Source: an uncultured virus (IMG/VR IMGVR_UViG_3300027365_000012)
Taxonomy: Duplodnaviria; Heunggongvirae; Uroviricota; Caudoviricetes
Length of the DNA stretch: 20,000 nt
IMG/VR virus record: IMGVR_UViG_3300027365_000012
Strand: one strand, 5' to 3'
Every line of letters starts with the position of its first letter. The first letter of the stretch is position 1. Shown one piece after another: positions 1 through 8,812 of this stretch. The position numbers and the translations under genes are program-made. The notes beneath the pieces were generated by a model that ran no database searches, was not told the DNA's origin, and saw only the letters and a program-made list of their open reading frames with translations.

Positions 1-1974
1 CAGTACGGAGATCCCGTACTGCTCCAACATCGCCGCGCCCTTCTTGGTCGGGTTCACCAAGCTGACGAACAGCCGGCGCAGCGCGGTACCGGAGCGCGAT
101 GATTTGATGCCGGAGTTGGCCATGGCTTCGATGGCCGCGACCGTATCGCGCATCGAGATGCCTGCGGTCTGTGCGGCAGGGCCAGCGTAGGTCAGGGAGT
201 TCGCCAGCTGCTCGATTGTGGTGTTGGAGTTGGTGACCGCGGTCGCCATCACGTCCACCACTTCAGTCAGCTCCTCCGCTGTCTTGCCGAACGTCATCAT
301 CACGTTGGTGGCGATGTCAGCGGACTGGCCCATGCTGATGTTGCCGATCATGGCCAGGTCGAGCGCCGGGCGCAGTGCCAGCACGGCATCACCGGCTGAC
401 AGGCCTGCCATCCCGAGTTCGCCGAGGCCCTCTGCTACCTGAGACGCCGTGTATGCAGTGCTCTGGCCCAGGGCCCTGACTTGCACCTCCATCGCCGCCA
501 TGCTGCCGTTGTCAGACATCCACGCCGGCCTGGAGGTGGACATAATGGCGTCGGCCCGCGCCATGGTTGCGGAGAACTCGGTGCCGACGGTGATGGCGCT
601 GCGCAAGCCGGCGGCAATAGCATAGGTGGACGACGCCGCCACGATGGTGGCACTGGTGTACATGCCGATGCTGGTGTGCAAGCCCGCGAGGCCGGCGCGC
701 AGCATCGCTGCCGATTGCGATCCAGTTGCTTGGGCGAGAGACAGCCTCCGCTGGGCATTGGTGAGCCCCAGCAATTCGGCAGTTGTCATGGCCAGCAGTC
801 GGTTGTACCGCTCCTGCTCGGCGATCTGCCGGCGGGTCTGGGCGAGGTCCCGCCCATAGGTCCCGCTCAATAGGTCGCGCTGTACCTTCAAACGCTCTAG
901 CTTGTCGATCTCCGACTGCTTGGCCCGGTTCAGCTCAAGCTGGGCCTTGCTCATGCCGTGGGCCGCGCGGGCCTCGTCCAGCAGGGAGTCAGTGGTGCGC
1001 TTGTTGGCTGCTCGCAGAGCTTCCGCCTTGGCGACGGCCTCGGCCTCCGCGCGGGTCATGCGATGCAGGCCGTTCGCCACCTCCTGCATAACCTGATTCT
1101 TGGCCTTCAGCGAGGCAGCTTGGCGGGCCATCTGGGCGTTCTGCTCTGCCTGGGCCTGTGTCAACGCTGATATCGACTGGCGGGCCTTGTCGTCGCCGAG
1201 GATCTGCTTGCGCCGCTCAGCGATCTGCCGCTGCAGCAGGACGATGTCCTGCTCCACTCCGCCGTGCAGACTGGCGTACTGGCGCTCCAGTTCATTCAGC
1301 TTCTCGCGGCGTCGCTCGTCCTCGGAGATTGCCCGGCGATTGGCTGCCAGCCGTACCTGGGCGCTGGCCAGAGCCCTCCCTTCCGCCGAGTCAAGGCTCT
1401 GGATGGCATGCTCAAGCTCGATGGTCTTGAGCTTTCTGGCCTCTTCTGAGTTCAGGATGCGCTGGTTTGTTGCCAGCTTCGCCTTCAGTCGCTGGTTGTA
1501 CTGCCCCTCGGCGGTAAGAGCCGCCTGGATGGCTTTCACCAGGTACCGGTTCTGGTTGCTGAGTTCGGCCGTGATGTTGTTGGTACGCTCTGCCCACTTG
1601 ACGAAACTGCTCTTGGCGCCGGTGTCCTTGAGCAGCCGCTCCAGCTCTTTCAGCTCGCCGTTGTACGCGCGGGCGCGCGTCGTCAGGGTCAGGTTGTCGG
1701 CGGCTAGCTTGGAAAATAGCCCCTGGGCGGTGTCTCTAGACCGCTTTACCGCTGCCCCTGCTGCCTCTGCGTCTACCCCAACTCGCTCCAGCGCCTTCTC
1801 CAGCTCGCTGAAGTGTTGGTGCATTTCCTTCATGAGCTTGCCGGCTGCACCCGCCGGGGCCTTTGCTGCCTGCTGGACCTTATCCAGCGATTCTCCAAGT
1901 CCGCGTGTCTTTGCCTGGAACTCCGCCAGCTGCCGAAGCGCTTCGGAAAAGTCGATCTCGAACTTGTTGCTCAT
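1..1974 (-). CDS. Tail tape measure protein, TP901-type core (N-terminal part; runs off the left edge)
   Basis: Not in the ORF track because no stop lies in the window. ATG at 1974 (MSNKFEIDFSEALRQLAEF), open to base 1. Long Ala/Glu/Gln/Arg coiled-coil followed by typical tape-measure core motifs (RALGQSTAYTASQVAEGLGELGMAGLS; LRPALDLAMIG; VDVMATAVTNSNTTIEQLANSLTYAGPAA; MANSGIKSSRSGTALRRLF). Lies directly after the chaperone pair. Confidence 0.93.
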   Translation of the reverse strand, partial: MSNKFEIDFSEALRQLAEFQAKTRGLGESLDKVQQAAKAPAGAAGKLMKEMHQHFSELEKALERVGVDAEAAGAAVKRSRDTAQGLFSKLAADNLTLTTRARAYNGELKELERLLKDTGAKSSFVKWAERTNNITAELSNQNRYLVKAIQAALTAEGQYNQRLKAKLATNQRILNSEEARKLKTIELEHAIQSLDSAEGRALASAQVRLAANRRAISEDERRREKLNELERQYASLHGGVEQDIVLLQRQIAERRKQILGDDKARQSISALTQAQAEQNAQMARQAASLKAKNQVMQEVANGLHRMTRAEAEAVAKAEALRAANKRTTDSLLDEARAAHGMSKAQLELNRAKQSEIDKLERLKVQRDLLSGTYGRDLAQTRRQIAEQERYNRLLAMTTAELLGLTNAQRRLSLAQATGSQSAAMLRAGLAGLHTSIGMYTSATIVAASSTYAIAAGLRSAITVGTEFSATMARADAIMSTSRPAWMSDNGSMAAMEVQVRALGQSTAYTASQVAEGLGELGMAGLSAGDAVLALRPALDLAMIGNISMGQSADIATNVMMTFGKTAEELTEVVDVMATAVTNSNTTIEQLANSLTYAGPAAQTAGISMRDTVAAIEAMANSGIKSSRSGTALRRLFVSLVNPTKKGAAMLEQYGISVL

Positions 1975-1980
1975 GCGTGG

Positions 1981-2313
1981 TTACCTGCGAGGCGGCCGGC
2001 GGGGTTTTTTCTGGCCGGGGGGCTGATCAACGCTGCCTTTGGCCTTTGCGTAGTGGTCGTACAGAACGCCGTTATCGGTCTCTTCCATCGTCCGGAAAAA
2101 CAGCGGTCTAAGGTCTTGCTCCAAGTTCAGGACGTGGTCCGCAAACTGGGACATCTCCTGGTACTGCAGCGGCTGGTAGCCGTGTTCGGCATGCTGCCGC
2201 CTCCTGTGCAGGCGGAAGAACGCATCTACCAGCCACCGCATACCCGGCGGTGGCTCGACGAACCCCTCGAGGGCGGGATGTTTTCTCCCGAACTTCTCCT
2301 CGAGGGCCTTCAT
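1981..2313 (-). CDS. Tail assembly chaperone, downstream (gpT-like) portion, probably made as a G-T frameshift fusion
   Basis: Sits between the gpG-like ORF and the tape measure gene. Its frame is open upstream to about 2370, overlapping the end of the upstream ORF in the -1 frame. Confidence 0.75.
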   Translation of the reverse strand: MKALEEKFGRKHPALEGFVEPPPGMRWLVDAFFRLHRRRQHAEHGYQPLQYQEMSQFADHVLNLEQDLRPLFFRTMEETDNGVLYDHYAKAKGSVDQPPGQKKPRRPPRR

Positions 2314-2342
2314 CGCCTGCAGCCCTTTCGCCCCGTGCGTGA

Positions 2343-2765
2343 TCAGGAAGCGGCAGAATCCTTTACCGACTCAGCCGCTTGCTCCTCGGCCTTCTCCCGG
2401 TAATTGCCACGGTTCATGGAGAATCGTTCGATGAACTGCAGGAGGTCGCGGAACCGAGGGTCCAGGAGGTAGTCCAGTCCGACTTTCGGGGTGTACTTCA
2501 GCGGTTTTCCGCCTTTGGCTACACCTTCCCAGTCCAGTAGCACGGTCTCGGCCAGGACCTTGGCGTTGATCTCATTTGCTACCCGATCGCTTTCTTCGGT
2601 GCCGGCTGTAACTTCGTCCCAGCGCTCCAGGGTCAGCTTGGCCCGCAGCGCGTCAGCCTTGTTCGTGTTGTGGCGGGCGATCTTGAATCGCGCACCCATG
2701 AAGTTGGCCCATACCCCCTCTTCCGCCGCGGTCGGGTCCACTGCCAAGCTATCGATATCGAGCAT
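2343..2765 (-). CDS. Tail assembly chaperone (gpG-like)
   Basis: 140 aa directly after the tail tube gene. Motifs EEGVW, FKIAR, LAETVLLDWEGV, YTPK..L...P.F resemble phage tail chaperones. SD AAGGA upstream. Confidence 0.8.
   Translation of the reverse strand: MLDIDSLAVDPTAAEEGVWANFMGARFKIARHNTNKADALRAKLTLERWDEVTAGTEESDRVANEINAKVLAETVLLDWEGVAKGGKPLKYTPKVGLDYLLDPRFRDLLQFIERFSMNRGNYREKAEEQAAESVKDSAAS
2361..2367 (-). other. Putative -1 programmed frameshift site G GTA AAG
   Basis: Minus strand reads TCG GTA AAG GAT. The -1 frame (GGT AAA GGA TTC...) continues into the 1981-2313 ORF. Resembles the lambda G/T slippery site GGGAAAG. Confidence 0.6.
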
Positions 2766-2795
2766 GTGATTTCCTTGATTGGTTTCTGTATGAAG

Positions 2796-2826
2796 ATGGC
2801 CGCCATCCTAATGGATGCGCGGCCAT
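2796..2826. other. Intergenic stem-loop between tail tube and chaperone genes
   Basis: ATGGCCGC-CATCC-TAAT-GGATG-C-GCGGCCAT inverted repeat. No clear U-tract, so possibly a stabiliser or partial terminator after the tail tube gene. Confidence 0.5.
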
Positions 2827-2850
2827 ATTTACAGCTTTACAGGTTTGCGC

Positions 2851-3885
2851 TTACGGCTTCGCCACGTAGACGACGGCGATCGCGCAGGTGCGCGTAACAG
2901 CGCCGACGGTGACCTCACCTTTCTCCGCGGTCAGCGTCAGCGAGGTCTTGTAGTCCTGGTTCTCGCCGTCGGCGCTGTTGGAGGGGCTCTGCGACACCAG
3001 GTTCGGCAGGTAGATGGTGAAGGTGCCGTCAGCGGTCTCGATCGTCATCTCGGCGGAGAGGCGCTTGTTCTTCATGTGCGCGTCGAGCATGGTCTGGTCG
3101 AAGAAGTAGATCTCGCCGGACAGCGACACCCCGACCTTGCCCATGCCGACGCCGGCGGCGAACTCATGGCCGAGGCCGGGCTGCTCGCGCACGTTGTTCT
3201 GCACCTGCAACGAGGCGTCGGAGAACACAACTTCCAGCGGGGTGCCGCTGGGGTCCTTGATCACCAGGTTCTTCAGGTTGCTCGAGCTGTCGGCGATCTC
3301 GTAGTCGGCGGGCACCAACTTGGCGGTTGCCAGACTGCCGCCGAGGCCGTTGGCCCCCGCTGCTGCACTGCTGTAGTCGGCGAACATCGAGATCGTGTTC
3401 AGCGCCATCGTGATCAGTTCACCGTCACCGAACTCCAAGGTGAAGTCGTTCACCATGGTTCCGTAGTAACGCTCATGGAACAGCAGGTCGGTCTCTGCTG
3501 GTCCACTCTTTACGGTTTTCTCGACCGCCATGAACTTCTTGATGTCGCTGTCGGTGATGAAGACGCCCTTGCTGGTGTCCAGATCGTCCACCGGCGCCCA
3601 TTCAGCCATCAGTCCGAGCGAAAGCATGTCCTGGATGAATGGAGTTGCGCCGAATTCAGTCGTCACCGCGCCGGACGCACTGCCTTTCGTGTTTTTGGAG
3701 TTGCTCTGGCGGCGGTCATTGGTGATGGCCGTAGAGGTCTTTGCCTCTTTCGCCATGTTGAACCCCTCGGTGGTGAAGGGAATAAGGTTGAAAGTGACGC
3801 CTGCGAAATCACCCGCGGCGACCCCGTCGCCGATCGCGTATGCCAGCGAAACGGCGGAAGTATCAGTGAAGCTCTTGACTGGCAT
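2851..3885 (-). CDS. Major tail (tube) protein
   Basis: Probable ATG at 3885 (MPVKSFTDTS) after GAGAGGG; 344 aa. Beta-rich, Thr/Ser/Gly-rich, with motifs IPFTTEGF, YYGTMVNDFTLEF, VSLSGEIYFFD. Canonical position before the chaperones and tape measure. Confidence 0.85.
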   Translation of the reverse strand: MPVKSFTDTSAVSLAYAIGDGVAAGDFAGVTFNLIPFTTEGFNMAKEAKTSTAITNDRRQSNSKNTKGSASGAVTTEFGATPFIQDMLSLGLMAEWAPVDDLDTSKGVFITDSDIKKFMAVEKTVKSGPAETDLLFHERYYGTMVNDFTLEFGDGELITMALNTISMFADYSSAAAGANGLGGSLATAKLVPADYEIADSSSNLKNLVIKDPSGTPLEVVFSDASLQVQNNVREQPGLGHEFAAGVGMGKVGVSLSGEIYFFDQTMLDAHMKNKRLSAEMTIETADGTFTIYLPNLVSQSPSNSADGENQDYKTSLTLTAEKGEVTVGAVTRTCAIAVVYVAKP

Positions 3886-3889
3886 AGGC

Positions 3890-4324
3890 CTACCCTCTCG
3901 AGATGTCGAAGTCAAAGTTGAGCACGCCGCTGTACGACGTGAATCCCATCACCTTCGTCGTGCTCAACGGGGTGAAGGTGCGAAACCGGATACCCCGGAT
4001 CGTCTTTTCAGCAAACCAGTTGGAGACTCCCTCCAGCCGGCGCCTGTTTGGTATCTCCTGCAGGCTGTCCTTGGTCAGCAAGCTGACCACCAACTCCCCT
4101 CCGCAGCGGGTCGGGGAGACTGCGCTGACACCGGCTCGCTTGGTGTCTACAAGCTCTGCCTCGAACAGAAAAAACTCCTCGTTCTGGTCGAACAGGGGCC
4201 CGGCCTGCAGGTCTCCGACGTCCGCATCGTCGGTGAAACTGAACGCGAATCGCGTTCCTGGCGTGACCTGTTCAAACACGATCTCGCGGATGAACGCGAG
4301 CGAATCAGTCATGGACTGCAGCAT
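3890..4324 (-). CDS. Putative tail terminator/completion protein
   Basis: 144 aa immediately upstream of the tail tube gene, with TGATG coupling. Size and position fit a gpU-like protein; function inferred from synteny. Confidence 0.6.
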   Translation of the reverse strand: MLQSMTDSLAFIREIVFEQVTPGTRFAFSFTDDADVGDLQAGPLFDQNEEFFLFEAELVDTKRAGVSAVSPTRCGGELVVSLLTKDSLQEIPNRRRLEGVSNWFAEKTIRGIRFRTFTPLSTTKVMGFTSYSGVLNFDFDISRG

Positions 4325-4842
4325 CAGAGCGGTACCTTTCTCGTGTTGCCGGCGATGATCCGGCGGGCCGCGGCGGCGAGTGTCCGATTCACGGCTTCGG
4401 TCCCGGCCGCCTCGATACGCGCGTTGGCGGAATACTCGTCTTCTCCGCCGACTGCGTTGTAGAAGTAGAACTTGAACTCAGGCCGCCGGCCGGACACCAG
4501 GTCTTCCAGGACCTCTTTAAGCTCTCGCTCGCGGACGAATCGCACGGTGGTCGGCAGGTTGATCCCGCCGTCACGCCGGTAACCGACAGGGGGGACTGGA
4601 GCCCTCCCGCCTTTGGTGCCGCGCAAGTCTCGCACCTTGCCAAGTTTGCGCTGCCATGGGCGGCTCTTCCCCTCTCCGGCAAGCATCCAGTGCGCCGCCG
4701 CGTTGGACGAGTCGTGTTTCGTTGCCTTTACCGCGGCTTCCAGGCCTTCTAGTAGCGCTGAGCGGATAGCTCTGTTGAACAACTGCCCAACAAAATCGGC
4801 CATTTGGTTCGCCTGGGCGGTGAACTTCTTACTGCCGGCCAT
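4324..4842 (-). CDS. Putative HK97 gp10-like neck/tail completion protein
   Basis: Probable ATG at 4842 (MAGSKKFTAQ) overlapping the upstream TGA. VKATKHDSSNAAAHW resembles the 'TPVDTG.AR.NW' signature of gp10-like proteins. Confidence 0.55.
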   Translation of the reverse strand: MAGSKKFTAQANQMADFVGQLFNRAIRSALLEGLEAAVKATKHDSSNAAAHWMLAGEGKSRPWQRKLGKVRDLRGTKGGRAPVPPVGYRRDGGINLPTTVRFVRERELKEVLEDLVSGRRPEFKFYFYNAVGGEDEYSANARIEAAGTEAVNRTLAAAARRIIAGNTRKVPL

Positions 4843-5744
4843 CACTGGCACCTCAAAATGTACTGCCTCTCGCCGGGTTGCGTTGACACCTGGCGGATAA
4901 CGCGACGTCGTCCATCGATCTCGAGGGCCATCGTCGACGGCGCCGGTTTGAAACCTATGTGCTTGCTGTCGATCACCACCTCGAAGTAGTTCTCCGAGTC
5001 GGTGGCCCACAGTGCAAAGTCGCGGTATTTGGTGAGCACGCCGGTGACGTTGTAGGCCGTGCTGGTCGCGTCGTATGCGTGGGTTGCCCTGTTGTAGGCC
5101 TTGCCTCCCTCGACGTGCAGGACGAAGTTCAGCCGGTGGTCAGGCTCCTCGTCCACACGCAGGCCTGCCAGCCCACTATCCGGAAACGTGTCTACGACGC
5201 GGTAGCGCTTTCCGTGAAGCTCGAGAAAATCCCACTCTTCGCACCGGATATGCGCCGGAAGGAAGGCGAAGAAATTCTCCACCTTGACTTCATAGGTGTC
5301 CGCCTCGTTGGCGCTTGTGCGGAACTCCAGGTCGACGAACGCCCTGGCTACCTGCTGCTCCACCAGCCAGCCTGGATTGTCTGCCGGGCCCGCCGGAGAC
5401 TTACGGTAAATGGTGGCCAGCCCGGCGCTTCCGTTCGGTTCGTCGGTGGCCAGGTGGCACACCGTCAGGTCAACGTATGGCTGGCCGTCAAGCGCGTCCG
5501 ATCGGGTCTGGCCAAGCAGGTAAACCTGACCAGTGCCAGGGTGCCGGAACGTACGGCTAGCCGGAAAGGTGGTGCCGAACTCGGTGTAGAGCATCCGCCG
5601 GCGTAGTGGCTTGTTGAAGTTCGACAGGAAGCGGTCGGTCAGATCAATGCGGCCGATGAACCCAGGGACGAACGATTCAGTGGTCTCGTCCCAGGCCTCC
5701 ATTGGCTCGGTGATCTTCCTCGCTGCGATCTTGTTAAGAAACAT
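4842..5744 (-). CDS. Putative head-closure/head-tail joining protein (unusually long, 300 aa)
   Basis: Probable ATG at 5744 (MFLNKIAARK) after GAGG. Follows the adaptor gene. Contains LELHGKRYRVV and LEIDGRRRVIRQV...YILRC segments reminiscent of stopper beta-barrels. Confidence 0.5.
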   Translation of the reverse strand: MFLNKIAARKITEPMEAWDETTESFVPGFIGRIDLTDRFLSNFNKPLRRRMLYTEFGTTFPASRTFRHPGTGQVYLLGQTRSDALDGQPYVDLTVCHLATDEPNGSAGLATIYRKSPAGPADNPGWLVEQQVARAFVDLEFRTSANEADTYEVKVENFFAFLPAHIRCEEWDFLELHGKRYRVVDTFPDSGLAGLRVDEEPDHRLNFVLHVEGGKAYNRATHAYDATSTAYNVTGVLTKYRDFALWATDSENYFEVVIDSKHIGFKPAPSTMALEIDGRRRVIRQVSTQPGERQYILRCQ

Positions 5745-6222
5745 CGCTGCGGGCCTCGGTGACTGGGTCACGCGCAGGGGTTACGCGAGAGATCACGGTC
5801 ATTACTGCAGCTGACTGCTGAGAGCCGAGGACCTCGAGCAGCTGTTCCCGGAAGCCTGCAGCCTTGGCCAGCATCGATTTCTGCAACCAGAGGAAGCCCT
5901 CTTGGTCGCTGCGCTGGCCCTCGTTGGATCCGTCCGTGCTCTTGGTCAGCACGAACACAGGCGCCGTGGCAGCTACCGCCGCGGCGCAGAAATACTTGGA
6001 GAACAGGCGAAGCAGCCGGTACTTCTTAAAATCCTCTGCCGCTGCCTGCTCTGCCTGGCCTGCCGTGATCATGGCCTGCCAATCTCCTGCCCACCCGTCC
6101 AGCTCAACCGCCAGGTCGTCGTCCAGTCCGTACGACGCCATGGTTTCGTCAGGCAGGTCTGCCTGTGACACCGTCAGGACTCCGCGGATCTGGTCGAACG
6201 TGGTCAGGCTGAACAGGGGCAT
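5734..6222 (-). CDS. Putative head-tail adaptor/connector protein
   Basis: 162 aa, helical, two genes after the capsid. N-terminus TTFDQIRGVL..S..DLPDE is typical of adaptor proteins. Confidence 0.6.
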   Translation of the reverse strand: MPLFSLTTFDQIRGVLTVSQADLPDETMASYGLDDDLAVELDGWAGDWQAMITAGQAEQAAAEDFKKYRLLRLFSKYFCAAAVAATAPVFVLTKSTDGSNEGQRSDQEGFLWLQKSMLAKAAGFREQLLEVLGSQQSAAVMTVISRVTPARDPVTEARSDVS

Positions 6223-6223
6223 G

Positions 6224-6538
6224 TCAGACTCGCTTCAGCAGGCGGGCTTTGAGCTGGTTAGCCAGCCAGCCGTCGTTCAGCAGTGCCTTCTCGGCCTTCG
6301 GGCCGATGGACAAGCCGGACGAGTGTTGGTACAGGGTCGAGTGGGTCAGGTTGACCACCTTGACCAGTGCCTGGGCAGGAGTTTCCTTCACCTCGGGCAC
6401 TTCCGGCTCCGGCGCGGGCTCTTCCTTCACTTCCGGCTCCGGCGTGGGCTCTTCCTTCACCGCTGCGGCTTTTGCCTCGGCGTCCAGGGCTGCTTCCGCC
6501 TTGGCCAGCTCAGCTGCTTCATTCTTCTTCAAAGCCAT
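6224..6538 (-). CDS. Hypothetical virion-associated protein with Glu/Pro-rich linker
   Basis: 104 aa directly after the capsid gene, strong SD AGGAG, KEEPxPEPEV repeats. Confidence 0.75.
   Translation of the reverse strand: MALKKNEAAELAKAEAALDAEAKAAAVKEEPTPEPEVKEEPAPEPEVPEVKETPAQALVKVVNLTHSTLYQHSSGLSIGPKAEKALLNDGWLANQLKARLLKRV
6401..6460. repeat. 30-bp in-frame tandem duplication (2 copies, 1 mismatch)
   Basis: TTCCGGCTCCGGCGYGGGCTCTTCCTTCAC at 6401-6430 and 6431-6460, encoding VKEEP(T/A)PEPE on the minus strand. Confidence 0.9.
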
Positions 6539-6556
6539 AACTGCTCTCCTGTAGAT

Positions 6557-6575
6557 GGGCCGGCATGGCCGGCCC
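6557..6575 (-). other. GC-rich stem-loop just after the capsid stop codon
   Basis: GGGCCGGC-ATG-GCCGGCCC perfect 8-bp stem with no U-tract, so not called a canonical terminator. Confidence 0.55.
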
Positions 6576-6583
6576 CTGCTCCA

Positions 6584-7765
6584 TTACGCCTCGAGGCTGA
6601 CCACCGACCAGGCCTCGTCGTAGAGACGGGTCGACATCTCGCCGAAGTCGACGCGGAAGCCGGTCGCCTTGCGCATCACGTACTCTTCGATCGCATCGTA
6701 GGAAGCCGACACGTTGACGAAGCGCTGGATGGCGTAGCGCGGGTCAAGGCCAACCAGGTGCGCGGCGCCGAACACGTCAGCGTCCACCGGCACGATGCGA
6801 GGCTGGGTGATACCCAGGTTCAGACCGCCCCACGGTGCGACGATCTTGGACGAGTCGGTACCGGTGACCTTCGGCAGCAGGGCGTCATCGATGTTGATGG
6901 CGGTGTCGATGTCGGTCAGCACCTGGCTCAGGTTGCAGACCTTCTGCTTGCTGTGCAGCCACTTGATGAAGGCGCGCTTGGTGATCACACCGTTGGTGGT
7001 GATCGAGCTGTCGAACTCGCTGATCTTGGTCACCGGCAGGGCGCTGATGCCGGCATCTACGTCTCCCTGGACCATGGACTTCAACTGCTCCATGGCGCGG
7101 CGGATGCGATCGCCGCGGGACTGCGCTTCCATCACCGTACGAACCAGGTCGATAGTGGTGGCGGCCATGGCCTCGTCGGAAATCATCAGACCAATAGAGT
7201 TGGTCGGGATGCGGTACGACTTGTCGCCGGTGGTGATGGAGATCATGGTCTCCGGCTCCGCCAGCTGGGCGATACGACCGCTGCGGCTGCCTTCCGGTGC
7301 AGTGGTGTCGATGATCGGCTGGTCGGCCTTGGTGCCGTTGATGTTGCGGCTGACACCGATCAGGCTTTCCCAGACCGCCAGAATGTCGCTGCCGTCGTCA
7401 CGCAGGGCATCGGCCTGCATGGTTTCCAGGATCAGCTGCGGGTACAGCAGGCGGGCGCCCAGGCTGTTGTCGCTGCCATCGGGGCGGCGGAAGCCGTCGG
7501 CCAGCTGGGCCTTGGCGATGTCCTGCAGGGTCATTGCCGGCATGCCGAACTTCTGGCCGTCCAGCAGGCCGGAGTTGGCGTACATCTGGTCGAGCGGGTC
7601 GCCCATGCTGCGGTCCCAGTCCGGGGCCAGGTGCTTGGCGTACTGGCGGAGGGTCATGCCCTTCTCAGCCGCGTGCTTGTATGCCTCGACGGTGACGTCG
7701 ACGGACTTCAGGACCTTATTGCCCTTCTCATCCTTGGCCCAGTATTCGAGTTTGAATGGTTTCAT
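6584..7765 (-). CDS. Major capsid protein
   Basis: 393 aa after the protease/scaffold and decoration genes, strongly biased codons. HK97-fold-like segments (RIAQLAEPETMISIT, IGLMISDEA, LVGLDPRYAIQR). Confidence 0.85.
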   Translation of the reverse strand: MKPFKLEYWAKDEKGNKVLKSVDVTVEAYKHAAEKGMTLRQYAKHLAPDWDRSMGDPLDQMYANSGLLDGQKFGMPAMTLQDIAKAQLADGFRRPDGSDNSLGARLLYPQLILETMQADALRDDGSDILAVWESLIGVSRNINGTKADQPIIDTTAPEGSRSGRIAQLAEPETMISITTGDKSYRIPTNSIGLMISDEAMAATTIDLVRTVMEAQSRGDRIRRAMEQLKSMVQGDVDAGISALPVTKISEFDSSITTNGVITKRAFIKWLHSKQKVCNLSQVLTDIDTAINIDDALLPKVTGTDSSKIVAPWGGLNLGITQPRIVPVDADVFGAAHLVGLDPRYAIQRFVNVSASYDAIEEYVMRKATGFRVDFGEMSTRLYDEAWSVVSLEA

Positions 7766-7797
7766 GCGAATTTTCCCGTATTTGCGGTGATCTCGGA

Positions 7798-7811
7798 CCT
7801 GTATTTACAGG
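7798..7811. promoter_or_regulatory. Palindromic motif CCTGTATTTACAGG within a perfect 11-bp-arm inverted repeat (7793-7816), upstream of the capsid gene
   Basis: TCGGACCTGTA-TT-TACAGGTCCGA. A degenerate second copy, CCCGTATTTGCGGT at 7775-7788, overlaps the capsid ribosome-binding region. Confidence 0.75.
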
Positions 7812-7826
7812 TCCGATTGCCAAGGT

Positions 7827-8282
7827 TTAGAGCAGTTCGAGGACGACAGTGGTGCCGGCCAAGCCGGTGCCTTTGACGTTCATCACCCGGTACTTGTGGG
7901 TGGCCGGGGTGCCGGTCTTGACCTGCGGCTTGCCAGCGGTGCCGATTGCCAGCTGGTCATCGGCAACCACCAGGTCGCCCACAGCCATCGGCGTTGCGCC
8001 CTGGCCAGCGCCCACTTGAGCCTCGACCCGGAAGCCGCGATTCCCGCGCGCCACACCGCCGAAGGAGAAGCCGCCGGAGGTAGCCGCCTCGACACTGTCG
8101 ATGAACCCTTCGATCTCGTCGCCGGCCACGCACAGGACGTGGTTGCCGACCGGACCCATCTTGACCGCTTTGCGCTTGTCCTTGTCGGTGTACTTGGTGG
8201 CGGCATCGGGGCCGAGTTTGGTGGAGATGACGTTCAGTCGCTCGGGACTGTGAGTCAGCACATTGAATTCGAAATCAGCCAT
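7827..8282 (-). CDS. Putative capsid decoration/cement protein
   Basis: 151 aa, Gly/Ala/Val/Thr-rich beta protein between the protease and capsid genes (lambda D position). SD GAGGAGG. Confidence 0.65.
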   Translation of the reverse strand: MADFEFNVLTHSPERLNVISTKLGPDAATKYTDKDKRKAVKMGPVGNHVLCVAGDEIEGFIDSVEAATSGGFSFGGVARGNRGFRVEAQVGAGQGATPMAVGDLVVADDQLAIGTAGKPQVKTGTPATHKYRVMNVKGTGLAGTTVVLELL

Positions 8283-8293
8283 GGCTGGCCTCC

Positions 8294-8812
8294 TCAGTGA
8301 CGGAACGACGTGTTGGCCGCAGGACGGGTGTTGTCCTCGGTCGGGGTAGTGGTCTGCTGACCAGTTTTGAAGCGCTTGGCCATATCGCCCTGCAGCTCAT
8401 TGAACTGGGCGACGACCTCGGCAGCGGTGCTCTTGGCCTCGCGCGGGCGTTGTAGCGCGACCTGCAGGTTGCCGACGGCCACCTGGGCGACTGTCAGCAG
8501 CGAAGCCATCTGGGCTTCACGGCATGCCAGCTCCTGCTGCAGGGTGGCGTTGTCGGCCTCGGCAGCTTCCAGCTTGGCTTCCAGTCGGCCGATCTCTTTC
8601 ATCAGCGCCATGGTGTCAGTGCTGGCCTCTGTGGCAGGCTTTTCAGGTTCTTCCGCTTCCGGCTCGTCGCCGCCCTTGCCGTTGCCTTCGTTGGCCTCGG
8701 GCTCAGTGGTTTCGAGGCTGGCCTCGTAGTGTTTCAGCTCTTCCGCGGTCAGGACCGTTTTCGGGTCGGCGCCGGCCGCAATCTGAGCCAGTTTTTCAGC
8801 AGAGATGTTCAT
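8294..8812 (-). CDS. Putative nested in-frame scaffolding protein (lambda Nu3-like)
   Basis: In-frame ATG at 8812 (MNISAEKLAQ) preceded by GGAG at 7-nt spacing, right after the protease domain and a Thr/Ser linker. Confidence 0.6.
   Translation of the reverse strand: MNISAEKLAQIAAGADPKTVLTAEELKHYEASLETTEPEANEGNGKGGDEPEAEEPEKPATEASTDTMALMKEIGRLEAKLEAAEADNATLQQELACREAQMASLLTVAQVAVGNLQVALQRPREAKSTAAEVVAQFNELQGDMAKRFKTGQQTTTPTEDNTRPAANTSFRH

Noticed and set aside
7798..7811. Recurring palindrome as a LexA/SOS box
   Set aside because: Spacing is CTGT-N4-ACAG, not the CTGT-N8-ACAG of gammaproteobacterial LexA.
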